Assembly (NCBI RefSeq): GCF_963921235.1
Contig: NC_086103.1
Coordinates: 157,666,001 to 157,730,000, forward strand
Origin: Mobula hypostoma
Taxonomy: Eukaryota
Reading direction: 5' to 3'
DNA length: 64,000 bases
Below, piece after piece: positions 1 to 13,700 of this stretch. The translations under genes and the position numbers were made by a program. Numbering within the stretch: position 1 is the first letter of the stretch; every line of letters begins with the position of its first letter. Under the pieces are notes generated by a model, which was given only the letters and a program-made list of their open reading frames with translations, ran no database searches and was not told where the DNA came from.

Positions 1-545
1 TAAGAAGGCTTGGGAACCCCTGAGCTAAAGCCTGGAAATCCGAAATAAAACCAGAAAATACACCACATACTCAACAGGTCAGGCAGCTTCTGTGGAAGGA
101 GAAACAATTAATATATTAATACCTCACAGAGGCTCTTTGACTTGAAATGTGTAAGCAACATGGCACGGCAAGTGCAACTGACTGGGTTAGAGATTAATAT
201 GTTGTCTGGTCGCATGGAGTTGATGCAAATGCAGTAAATGAAAACCTCCACTGGAGATACTGGAAATCTCAACAAAACAGACAACGTTAGAAAAACGCAG
301 CCGCTATCAGTGGATAGAGAAACAAAATTGGTATTTCAGGGCAAAGACCATTTGTTAGAACACTCAAAGTTCAAAGTAAATTTCTTATCAAAGTGTGTGT
401 ACTTCACCGTATACTACCTTGAGGCATTTACGAGAAAATAAAGAAGCACAATAGAATTTTTGAAAACTATAAATAACAAAGACTGACACACAACCAATGT
501 GCAAAAGAAGAATAGTCCTTTTAAGATGGTTTCTGGTTAAGATGG

Positions 546-669
546 AAGCGAAAATCTGCAGATGCTGGAAATCCAAGCAACACTCAGAAAATGCTGGAGG
601 AACTTTGTTTAATCATTTCCATAGATGCTGCCTGGCCTGCTGAGTTCCTCCAGCATTTACTGTGAGTTA
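546..669. mobile_element. Fold-back Penelope-like terminal mini-insert
   Basis: Inverted arms of the PLE terminus; TSD tctggttaa(g/a)atgg at 532-545 and 670-683. Confidence 0.7.
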
Positions 670-677
670 TCTGGTTA

Positions 678-1430
678 AAATGGCGCTACTTTCTGGTTGT
701 CAAAAAACTAAAAAATCTGACTAAAAAATCACTAAAAATACCTTCCCTGGAGTAAATTGTGTTAAATTATTGCCACAAACAATGAAACGGCGAGCGATGG
801 TGAGGTGAGTTTGGGGGATGAGCTGAGATGGTGTGTTGCAGATGGAGTTCCGATGCCTGTACAACTGGTCCGGGAACGAGGTTTGGATTGCTCTGGGCGC
901 TGAACTGATTTGAAGAGCTTGAGAGCGGCTTTGGGCTAGGTGACGAAATCGGGGCCCAGAGTGAATCACTGGGCGGTGTGGTCTAGGCCCAGAGCCTTTC
1001 ACAGCAGCAGTGCCGGGTCCTAGTGCAAGGTACAAGAGCCAAATTCGAGCCAAGAGCAGAATTTGCTTATTCTCCACGACAGTCATCTCCAGGGTACTGA
1101 GGCTGTGAAGACTGCCCTGCCTGCTGTGCTCTGTGCCACTAATATGATGAACTGATAAGCGAGGCTTTGGGCCTATTCCGGGCTGTTCTAGGGTTCAGAT
1201 CTGACGACTCACTTTTGGTTCGGAATGCTGTTGTTCGCTTCAGTTGTTTGCATGATTTGTATTTTTCTTCCTTCTCTTGCACATCAAGAGTTGGTCTTTT
1301 ATTATTTTTTATTTTTATTCTTTTTCTTTCTTTAATTGAGTTCTTTCAGGTTTCTTACTCTGTGAGCAAGCAAATCTCAAGGCTGTATAATTTGTACATT
1401 CTTTGATAATAAATTGAACTTGGAATTTGA
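678..1430 (+). mobile_element. Non-autonomous Rex1-type LINE derivative
   Basis: 5' AAAATGGCG motif and 3' gataataaa-ttgaac tail shared with the other Rex1-type ends in the window. Confidence 0.5.
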
Positions 1431-1629
1431 AGTTGTGCAAATAATAAAAAAAGTAAAAGTGTTTCCAGCATTTTCTGTTTTTGTTCCAGTGATCCTAATA
1501 GTAGGGTAGGGTACAATTTATTTAGTTGCATCTATTAATCCAAACAAGTAAGAAACATTATTAATATATTTTTCATAATATCTTTCCCAAGCAAAATGTG
1601 TCTACATTCTTTTTACTTTATTTGTTTAG

Positions 1630-1723
1630 AATCCTATAGGACTACAACAATCAAGGAGAGAAGCCATACTCCTTGCCAAAATGAAGCATCCCAACATAGT
1701 TGCATTTGTGGACTCATTTGAAG
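1630..1723 (+). CDS. NEK3: NEK3 coding exon 2 ([31 protein letters not shown])
   Basis: tttag| ... |gtgagt; 94 nt; alphaC Glu and HPNIV. Confidence 0.93.
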
Positions 1724-4700
1724 GTGAGTGATTTGCGAATGCAGTCTTCCTGAGGTTTTATTTTGGTAAATATCCTCATTTTCCTATTGAACACCACTGA
1801 AAGGACTGGATTTAATAGGTCTTTCAGCACAGAGATGGGCTATTTCTTGTGACAGGTCCTTGCTGTTGTTTGTGCACTGCTTGAGTCTTATATTATTATC
1901 CATTATATCCCCACCATGGAGCACATGTACAGGAGTGTTGTCACAGGAAGGCAGCATCCATCATCAGGGACCTCCGCCACCCAATCCGTGCTCTCTTCTC
2001 ACTGCTACCATCAGGAAGAAGGTACAGGAGCTTCAGGACTCGCACCACCTGATTCAGGGACAGTTATTACCCCTCAACCATTGGGCTCTTGATCCAGAGG
2101 GGATAACTCCACTCACCCCAACACTGAAATGTTCCCACAACTTATGGAACAACACACACAAAATGCTGGAGGAACTCAGCAGGCCAGTCAGCATCTATGG
2201 AAAAAAGTACAGGTGACGTTTCGGGCTGAAACCCATTGGCACGATTGGAGAAAAAAAGGCTGAGGAGTAGATTTAAAAGGTGGGGGGGAGGGGAGAGAGA
2301 GAGACGCCAGGTGATAGGTGAAACTTGGAGGGGGAGGGATGAAGCAAAGAGCTAGGAAGTTGATTGGTGAAAGAGACAGAAGGCTGTGGAAGAAAGAAAA
2401 AGGGGGAGGGGAGAGGAGCACCAGAGGGAGGCAAGGATCGGGCAAGGAGATAACGAGAGAGGGACAAGGAGATGGGAAATGGTGAAGGGGGGGGGGGGGA
2501 GGCATTACTGGAACTTTAACAAATTGATGTTCATGCCATCAGGTTGGAGGCTACCCAAACAGAATACAAGAATACAAGGTGTTGTTCCACCAACCTAAGT
2601 GTGGCCTTATCCCAGCAGTGGAGGAGGCCATGGATGGATGTATCAGAATGGGAATGGAAAGTAGAGTTAAAATGGGTGGTCACTGGGAGATCCCATTTGT
2701 TCTGGCGGACAGAGTGTAAATGCTCAGCGAAGCGGTCTCCCAATCTATGTCGGGTCTCGATATACAGGAGGCCACACTGGGGGCACTGAACACAGTAAAT
2801 GACTCCAACAGACTCACAGGTGAAGTCTTGCCTCACCTGGAAGGACTGTTTGGGGCCCTGAATTGTAGAGAGGGAGGAGGTGTAGGGGCGGGTGTAGCAC
2901 TTGTTCCACTTGCAAGGATAAGTGCCAGGAAGGAGATCAGTGGGGAAGGACGAATGGACAAGGAAGTCACGTAGAGAGCGATCCCTGTGAAAAGCAGAAA
3001 GTTGTGGGGTAGGTGGGGAAGATGTGTTTGGTGGTGGGATCCAGTGGAGGTGGTGAAAGTTTCGGAGAATTATGTGCTGGATGCAGAGGCTGGTGGGGTG
3101 CCAGGTGAGGACAAGAGGAACCATAACTCTGGTAGCTTGGTGGGATGACAGGTTAAGAGCAGACGTGCGTGAAATGGAAACAATGCGTTTAAGGGCAGCA
3201 TTGATGGTGGAGGAAGGGAAGCCCCTTTCTTTGAAAAAGGGGGACATCTCCTTCATACTAGAATGAAAAGCTTCATCCTGAGAGCAGAGGCGGAGGAATT
3301 GAGAGAAGGGGATGGAGTTTTTCCAAGTAGCAGGATAGGACGAGGTATAGGCCAGATAGCTGTGAGAGACCCACAATCTATGGACTCACTTTCAAGGACT
3401 TTTTATATCATGTTCTTGATATTTATTGCTTATTTATTTATTACTATTATTTCTTTTTGTATTTGTACTGTTTGTTTTCTTTTGAATGCCCAAGTTGGTG
3501 CGGTCTTATTACTCTATTACGGATTTATTGATTATGCCTGCAAGAAAATGAATCTCAGGCTTGTATATGGTGATATATGTGCACACTTTGATAATAAATT
3601 TACCTTGAACTTTGTATCAGGATTCCATTAAGTGGATTTATGCTAACCAGTTCAGGTACCTTTGAGTTAGGAAGAGTCTCCTGAATTCCCTCTTTGATTC
3701 ATTAACACCTAATTTATATGTAGTTATGAGACTTCAACCTTGGAAACAACTTCTCCAAGCTTAATCAGGTGATCGCTTTACTGTTTTCTCAAAGCAAAAA
3801 GCATTCTTTTCCTGGGATGACATGATGATATATTAGGTTTTGTGCTACTAATTGGCAATGGAATTTATGGACCAGTGTATTTTATAATTTCTGTAGAAAA
3901 AAATAATTTTTATAATAAGACTGCAGAAGTTCACTTCAGCAGGCACAGTACCTCAGTCAAAGTAAATTTATTATGGAAGTATGTATATGCCACTATATGT
4001 TTTAGTGGCCACTTTATATGGCACCTGCTGTAGCTAACAAGGTGGCCACTGAGTCTGCTGCTGCTGTAGCCCATCCACTTCAAGAGATGCTCTTCACACC
4101 ACTGTTGTAACACTTGGTTATTTCAGCTATTGTCGCCTTCCTGTTAGCTTGAACCAATCTGACCATTCTCTTCTAACCTTTCTCTGTAACAAGGCATTTA
4201 CACCCACTGCTGCTCACCGATGTGTTTTTTTTTTTGCACCTTTCTCCGAGACTGCTTTGTGTGAAAACCCCAGGAGTTCAGCGGTTTCTGAGAAACTCAA
4301 ATCCCCCCGTCTGGCACCAACAATCATTCCACAGTCAAAGTTACATTTCTTCCCCATTCAAGTGTTTGTTCCGGAGAATATCTAAACCTCTTGACCATGT
4401 CTGCATGCTTTTATGCATTGAGTGTGGCTGATTATATATTTGCATTAATGAGCAGGCATGCCTATTAAAGTGGCCACTGAGTGTATACTACCCTGAGATT
4501 CATTTTCTTGCCGGCATTCGCAGTAGATCTAAGAAATACATCAGAATCAATGAAAAACCATACAGAAAGAGTGACAAACAACCAATTTGCATTATAGATC
4601 TTTTAAAATTTAGTTTGTCCTGTACATCACATTAAACATAACAAGCATAATTTATTTTTTACAGTTGAACGGCATCTCTATATAGTCATGGAATATTGTG

Positions 4701-7700
4701 ACGGTGGCGATCTCACACAGAAACTTCTGCAGCAAAAGGGAAAACTATTCCCAGAAGAAATGGTATACATGATTTGTTAAAATTGAAGTGGACTCTGATA
4801 TCAGGAGAGCAGAATTAGCCAGAATATATCATATTCAGTTCCAGGGATGTCTGGGAATAAAACTGCAACAATCAGAGATTGAGGGTGAGATAACAAATAT
4901 CTCATCCTCATTGAAATGACCGTGTCTTGCTGAGATCTTTTGCACTTTTGAGGTTCCAGACTGCATGTGAGTAATTCTCTAAACTGCTCAGCGCAGTGCG
5001 AAAAGGTTCCCAAAACCTCCACCTCTTGTTGATTGCATTCTAACTTCCCTGAGGCCATTGACGCTTGGAAAAATTGACCCTTCACATTGGGTAAGGCTTT
5101 CCAATTAACCGTTTAGATTGCTATTGATTGGCTTCGAAATTGCCCTCAACTCTGTAATGATCTCAGCAGCCTGGATTTTCCATATCAATGCTGTCAGACA
5201 CAGGTTTTAGGGGATTTCTAGCATCCGCCAGTGGACTGATGCCCTGGTGATGGACTTTCGCACAAGTGAAACTTGTTTCATCAGAGCTGTCTCATCAGTG
5301 TGGCTCCCGTTTGTACGAAGTCAAAATGCTCTGACACATTGATATTTGGAGAATCACAGGCAACAAATTGGGGTGTAAGCAACACTCAACACGCTGGAGG
5401 AACTCAGCAGGTCGGGCAGCATCCATGGAAACGATGAGTTGACGTTTTGGGCCGGAACCCTTCGTCAGGACGTGGGGTGTAAAAAATGCATTTGTTGTAG
5501 ATGTGATTAAGCAGAAATATCAAAACTTATTTTTTAAATTAATAATTTTAATTAGCAAGCAATTTTGAACCAATTACAGGAATAATTTACACAAACTTGG
5601 GTTGTATTCCAGGGAATTTAGAATGCTGACAAGTGGGAACTGTTAATGAAAATACTTATGGATAGTCTGTATGGGAATCCTGGACATGAAAGAATACTTT
5701 AGAAATTAAAACCTGACTACCAGGGCCAGTTGGAATCTGACCTGAGCCACAGACTTTTAATCTTTTTGATACCCAACCCAAACATGACTTGGGTCCCTTT
5801 GGGCTGGGTTAGATGACCAGTCGCTAACTATGATCTCATTAAATGATAGAAGAGGCTAGGGTTTCTGTTATCTGACAAGGTAATTTAATTGGAATATACA
5901 GTTATTCTTCATGATGTTTTTGCCCAGTTACACTGTGAATTTATTAATATTCCTACAGGTACTGAATCTGTTTGTACAAATCTGTCTTGGAATGAAGCAC
6001 ATTCATGACAAACGAGTTCTACACAGAGATATTAAAGCTAAGGCAAGTGTGCCTTATAATAGCTTAAAAATAAATTGAACAGAGAATGTGGATTTTGCTA
6101 AAAATAATATAATTCTGCCAGATTAATAGTTTTTTTAGTCTGTTTTTAAAATGTGAAAGAAGAAATGCTTGGCAGTGTTAATTGGCAGGTTTATTGAATT
6201 CAGTACTTAAAAAGCAATATTACCTTCAATGAATTATGAATATATAATATTTTAGAATATAATAAGCAAATAATTTACCTTTGCTTGATTTTAAAATTCA
6301 GAATATTTTCCTCACTAAAGTTGGAGTGGTTAAACTGGGAGACTTTGGATCTGCTCACCTTCTGAACAGGTAAATTCCAGGTGATGTCAGGGATTTGAGT
6401 CGATGCTTTTGATCATAGACCTTTTGACAAACCTCAAGTTGTATTAAGAACCATGCTGCAGGGTCAGCTTGCATAGGTGGGCGGTCTGGTAGCGTTAATC
6501 TATTATTGTGCTAATTGTACGATCGGGGTTCAATTCCCACCGGTGCCTGTAAGGCTATGATGACATTGGAAGCACAATGACACTTGTGGGCTGCCCATCA
6601 TAATCCTCACTGATTTGAGCTGACGCAAACAATGATTTTCAATTGTATGCTTGGATGTTCAAATTTATTATCAAACTATGTATATGTCACCATAGACTAC
6701 GAAATTCATTTTCTTGCAGGAATTCACAGCAGAGCAAAAAAAAATAATAGAATCAATGAAAAACAAAACACAACAAAGACAGAAAAACAACCTATGAGCA
6801 AAAGAAGACAAAGTGTGCAAATACAAAAACATATAATAAATAAGTACATCACTGATATCGAGAACATGATTTGTAGAGTCCTTGAAAGAGAGTCTTATAG
6901 GTTGTGGAGTCATTTCATATGACAAATAAAGCTAATCTTCAAATCTTCAGAATAAAAGAGTCATAAAATTTTACAGCAGTAAAAAGGGACCATCTGTTTG
7001 CTTGAAACAGCTGCTTAACACATACGAACTGCTGGAGGAACTCCGCGGGCCAGGCAACAGCTATAGGAAAAAGTGCAGTTGACGTTTCGGGCCGAGACCC
7101 TTCAACTCCCCTTCAGCTGCTCAAACTTGTACCCGATAGCCTTGAGTGTTACATACTGTCCAATTGCTTCTGAATTCAAACGTTGTTTTCTTAATGTAAT
7201 ATTTCTTTCCTGTCTACAGCCCCATGGCTTTTGCTCATACCTACGTTGGAACACCGTACTACGTATCTCCAGAAATCTGGGAGAATAAACCATACAATAA
7301 TAAAAGGTTTGTACTTGCATACAGTTGAGATGATGGGCAGGAGCTGATCCTGTTATGGGTGATATCATACTTTTCTAGGATGGATTTTATTTTTAAAGCC
7401 TCAGATGATAAGTGGGACACAAAAGAGACAAATACTTCAAATAGCTCGTATCTTACTCTTAGTTCTTTATGACATAGAAGGAGGTCGTTCCACCCATACC
7501 TTCAAGCAAAGCCTAATTTCAGCTCAACAGGGGGTCTCCTTTTATGCTAAGATGTTAGTTTTCAAATCCATTGTTACGCAGTCACCATTAATCTGGAAAA
7601 GTAAACAGGTCTTTCAAACTTAGAGCAAAACAGAAGGCTATTCAGCCCATCGTGACTATCCTTTGTTGTGCAAGACAATAACAGTTTCCATTTTGTGAAA

Positions 7701-10700
7701 GGAACAGTGACTGTATTTGTTTAATTATTTAGAGCAGAAATAACACAAATCATCCTCTGTGGTATCATATTCATATCTGGCTTCTTGATAGACTAAGTAG
7801 CAGGTGACCTTTACCAGAACATAAATGTTTGGATGGTGGGTAGGAGCAAAATTGGCCTTGACCATAGGCCAAAGGATATAGGTGCAGAATCAGACCAGTC
7901 AGCCCATCAAGTTGAGACTTGGGTAACACCTGTTGGGGGGTGGGGGAAGAAAAGTGCTTAATGGCACTGCCATTAGCTTTCATTTTGGATGAGGTGTTTG
8001 ATAAATATTGATACCTCCAACTCCCAGCAACAGCATTTTCATTACAACTAGAATCAGAATCAGGTTTAATATCACAGGCATATGTCACAAAATCATGGAC
8101 TTTGCGGTAGCAGTACATTGCAATACATAATAAATGTAAAAAAGAACACTTACAGTAATTATATAATGCATATCAAATAGTTCAGTAAGTAGTGCAGGAA
8201 CAGAAATAATAATAGTGAGGTAGTGTTCATGGGTTCAATGTCCATTTAGAACTTGTACGGCGGAGGGGAAGAAGCTGTTCCTGAATTGCTGCGTGTTTGG
8301 CTCCAGGTTTTTGTACCCCTCTTCCTGATGGGTAACAATGAGAAAGGGCTTGTCCTGGGCGATGGGGTCCTTAATGATGGACGCTGCCTTTGAGGCATTG
8401 CTCCTCGAAGAAGTCTTGGATACTACGGAGGCTAGTACCCATGACTAATTTTACAACTTAATGCAGCTTACTTCGATCTTCTGTAGTTACCCCCCCCCCC
8501 CACACCTCAAACCAGACGGTGGTGCAGCCAGTCAGAATGCTCTTCACGGTACCCCCATAGACATTTTTCAAAATTTTAGGGGATATACCTAATCTCCTTA
8601 AACTCCTAATGAAATATAGCTGCTGTCTTGCTCTTTGTGTAACTGCATCGATATGTTGGGGCCAGGTTGGGTCCTCAGAGATATTAACACCCAGGAACTT
8701 GAAATTGCTCACTCTCTCCACTTCTGACCCCTCTATGAGGATTCTATTCTTTCCGAAGTCCACAATCAGCTCTTTGGTCTTACTGACATTGTGTCGAGGT
8801 GGTTGCTGCAACACTACTCAGCTAACTGGTATATCTCACTCCAGAACTAGTTATTGAAGCAAAGGTTTCTTTAGGAAGAGTACACTAATGAAGACATAAA
8901 AGTGCTTTTATTTGATTGTAACAGCATTTTCAAATGTATTTCTTGTACTGTTTTAGCGACATCTGGGCCTTGGGATGTGTCCTATATGAAATCTGTACCC
9001 TGCAACATCCTGTAAGTAAGTTTTATGATGTTTGATGTGCTTCTGTAAGCAGGGAAAGCAGCTGAGGTATCTGGTATAGTTTAACATAGTTATCTTACCT
9101 GGTATAGTTTAACATAGTTATCGTCAAATATAACTTCATGGGTTGAAAGGGAAAAAGGCATTGTTGGCATGGAATACACAAGAAACTTTTAGTTGCTATT
9201 TGGACTTCAAATACTTGGTCCTACTGAAGTCAATGGAGCAGAATGTCAGGAGTTCAGTACAAATGGTGGCTGTGGAGAGGAAGATTTCACTATAGAGTCT
9301 GGGGTTCACCTTCAGAACAAACTTTCTCTTTACTACAAGCTGATGCCAGTGGGGAAGTCACCGTAGAACAAATGCTCCCTGATCCAAAGCTTTCATTATT
9401 TTAATGCTTCTTCCACTCCCCCCACTATCTCTACCCAACATGCATTTTTTATACATAGACTGAAGTAAACCTTCGCTGAGTTCTATACCTAATAAAGTGG
9501 CCACTGAATGTATGTTCATGGTCTTCTGCTGCTGCAGCCCATCCACTTCAAGGTTTAATGTGTTGTGTGCCCAGAGAAGCTCCTGTTCACAACACTGTTG
9601 TACACATGGTTATTTGACGTACAATCGACTTCCTGTTAGTTTGAATTAGACTGGCCATTCTCTGAACTCATCTCTCATTAACAAGGTGTTTTCACCCACA
9701 GAATAGTTTGCTCTCTGCACCACTCTCAGTAAACTCTAGGGACTAATATTTGTGAAAATCCCAGGAGACTAGCAATTTTTGAGGTACTCAAACTCCCATA
9801 TGGCACCAACAGTCATTTCACAGTCAAAATCACATAGTTCACATTTCTTAGCTATTCTGGTGTTTGGTCTGAACAGGAACTGAACTTCTTGACTGTGTGC
9901 CTGCATGCTCTTTTGCATAGAGTTGCTGCCACATGATTAGCTGATTGGATATTTGCATTAACGAGCTGGTGTACAGGTGTATCTAATAAAGTGGCCACTG
10001 AGTGTATGTGATATTTGACCTGACGAAGGGTCTCGGCCCGAAACATCGACTGTACCTCTTCCTATAGATGCTGCCTGGCCTGCTGCATTCACCAGCAATT
10101 TTTATGTGTGTTGCTTGAAATTCCAGCATCTGCAGATTTCCTCGTGTTTGTGTTTTTAAATTTCCATTTGCCATTTTTCAGCTCACTTTTCCAGCTGGTG
10201 CAGATCCCGCTGCAAGCTTTGATAGTCTTTCTCGCTGTCTGCACTCCCCAATCTTGGTGTCATCTGCAGATTTTCTGATCCAGTTTACCACATTATCATC
10301 CAGATCGTTGATGTAGCTGACAAACAACAATGGACCAGCACCGATCCCTGTGGCACATCATTAATCACAGGCCACCAGTCAGAGGGGCAACCATCTGCTA
10401 GCACTCTCTGGCTTTTCCCGCAGTGCCTGTGTCTAATCCAATTTACAATCTTATTTTCAATTGCAAATGATTGAACCTTCTTGACTAACCTTCCATGTGG
10501 GACCTTGTCAATGGTTTTGATAAAGTTCATGTAGAAAATATCCACTGCCTTATCTTCATCTACTTTCCTGATAACTTCCTTGAAAAATTCTGTGCTTGGT
10601 TATAGGCCTGACTGCTTTGGCTTTCCGCCGCTAGGTCAAACAGTATCCAAAATGGTTTACCTGTTGTTGAGGGGGCGGCTACAGGGATACTCTTCACTGG

Positions 10701-13700
10701 CTGACTATCCCCTTTCCCCCTCCTGATGGTCACCTAGTTACCTACGTCATGCACCTTGGGTGTAACTACCTCCCTGTGTGTCCTACTTAACAATCCCTCA
10801 GTATCCCAAATAATCCGGAGTTCATCCAGTTCCAGTTCCTTAATACAGTCTTTTAAAAGCTGCAGTTGGATGCACTTCTTGCAGGTGTTACTGGCAGGGA
10901 CACTTGAGGATTCCTCTGCTTACCACATAAGAACACAAGAAAAATAGGAGCAGCAGTAGGTATTCTGGCCCATTGAGCCTGCCCTGCCGTTCAATAAGAT
11001 CATGGCTGATCTGACCATGGACTCATCTCCACCTACCTGCCTTTTCCCCATAACCTTTAATTCCCCTACTAGGCAAAAATCTAACCAACTGGATCTTAAA
11101 TATATTTATTGAGGTAGCCTCCTCTGCTTCATTGGGCAGAGAATTTCACAGATTCACCACTCTCTGGGAAAATCAGTTCCTCCTCATCTCTGTCCTAAAT
11201 CTACTCACCAGAATCTTGAGGCTATGTCCCCTAGTTCTAATCTCACCTACCTGTGGAAACAACTTACCTGCCTCTACCTGACCTATCCCTTTCATAATTT
11301 TATATGTTTCTATAAGATCTCCTCTCATTCTTCTGAATTCCAGCGAGTACAATCCAGTGCGACTTAATCTCTCATATTCTAACCCCCTCATCTCTGAAAT
11401 CAACCTAGTGAATCTCCTCTGCACCGCCTCCAAAGCCAGTATCTCCTTCCTCAAACATGAGGAATTCTGCAGATGCTGAAAATTCAAGCAACACACATCA
11501 TAGTTGCTGGTGAACACAGCAGGCCAGGCAGCATCTCTGGGAAGAGGTACAGTCAACGTTTCAGGCCGAGACCCTTCGTCAGGACTATCTCCTTCCTCAA
11601 TTCTCCCTTCTCTTCCTTCAAGGGACCTACGTTCAGTTTAGCCACCCTTTTCCACTTTATATAATTATAAAATCTTTTACTATCCATTTTCATATTTTGT
11701 GCTAGTTTATTTTCATAATTTATCTTGCCTTTTTTTTATTGCTCACTTAGTAGTTCTTTGTTGCTTTTTAAAGTTTTCCTGATTTTCCAGTTTCTTGCAA
11801 GAGGAGCATTCTTCTATCCTGTCTGGCATCTGCACTGCTCTAAATGTGCAATAAGAAAGGAAGAATAAACACAGAAAAAAATCTACCTACGGCCTATGCC
11901 TCTACTTGCCGAAGCCTTGATGAGCCAAAGCCTCAACACTCCCTCTAACATTGGCCCATTCGTACAATGGCTGCCCCGCTTTAATCTAACTTGTTTTTAT
12001 TGGACCCTGCCAAGTGCCTAATTATGTGCAATCCAATGCCTGCTCAGGAACTGTGACATGCAAAAAGTGCCGACTGCCCCCATTCGCTTCTTTTAAACTC
12101 TTCTCTCCCTCTGTCAATCCAGTACCTGCTTGGGAACTGTGGCATGGAAAGTATGCCGAGTGTCTCAACTTGCTTCTTTTAAACTCTCCCTTTGCGCAAT
12201 CTAATGTTCCAGTGTCTCCTTGGGAACTGTGGCATACAAAATGAGGCCACTTATGAAGTTACTGCTAGGGCTAGCAGCCAGGCATGAGTTCATTATAGTG
12301 CACTGTAGCCTACAGTTGGTGGCTCTGGCCAGATGAATCTGTAGGGGCCACTTGAAGTTCTTTACTACACACTCTCTCTGCTGTGTACAGAACCAAGAGT
12401 GCAGTTTTCCTTTCTGTGGGCTCACTAGCACCTACTACACAGCTGATGCTCGTATATGTTTAGTACCGGTGATCAAAGATAAATTTCTCTTCCAGGATTC
12501 CACGAGATACAGCAGCTAAGAGGCAAATAGCAAAAATTGCTAACGGCTATATCCTTTGACAAAGTGAAACAAAATGCTCCATTGAATGAAGTGCTCTTTT
12601 AATATTATAATGTGTTCTAATTATTCTGTAAAATATTTATGATGGTGCAAATTAAGTTATTTTAACTATTTTGCTTCATCAGTTCCAGTCTAATAGTTGG
12701 AAGAATCTCATACTGAAGATCTGTAAAGGCTCTTACTCTCCAATCCCAAGGCATTACTCTTATGAACTACATTATATCATAAAACAAATGTTCAAAAGAA
12801 ACCCAAAGGATCGCCCTTCTATTAACACCATCCTTGCTAGGCATTGCTTTGCTAAGCTAATTAGCAATTTTTTATCACCTGAGGTAAGACAATCTAGTCT
12901 TTTTTAAAAATTATTATTTAAAGGGCCATTCTTGTGCTGTAATTTTTCAGCATTTTGGTCCATTGTATTCAACTTTTTTCACAGATGATGAAAGAGGAGT
13001 TTAGTGAGCCGACAGCAAAAAAGAAAAGATATGCACAATCCAAGCAAAAGAAAGTACAGAAAGGTACTTAATAATTTTAAAGACGCACTGTCACACATAT
13101 TCTAACAACGGTGAGATTTATTCCGTGTGCAGATCAGCATCTGTTAATCTTTTTCAGCCAGTATATCAAGTAAGTTTGAAGAACTGTCCTCCAGTGCAGG
13201 TGGAAGCAAAGGAAACACGGTTTGTATGAGTTCTTGGTAAATATGCTCTAATTTTAAAGTGCAAGAACATGCAAAGTACAAATGCTTATACGTTTAAAGA
13301 GTGAATATAACATGGAACGTAGAACATTACAGCCCAGTGCAGGTCCTCCAGCACACAAAGTTGTGCTGATCTTTTAACCTACGCTAAGATCAGTCTGACC
13401 TTTCCCTCCTAGATAGCCCTCCATTTTTCTATCATCCATGTGCTTCTTAAATGCCTCTATCACCATCCCTGGCAGGACCTTCCACACACGCATCAGAGTT
13501 CCTATTTATTATCAAAGTATGTATATCATATACAATCTTGAGATTCATTCTTCTTGCAAGCAGCCAGAAAAACAAAGAAACGCAGTAGAATTCACACAAC
13601 AAAGACGGCGTCACATATCCAATTTACAAATGAGGACAAATCAAAGGTTTCAAAAGTACATTTGATGTCAGAGAAATGTGTACAATATACATCTTGAAAT

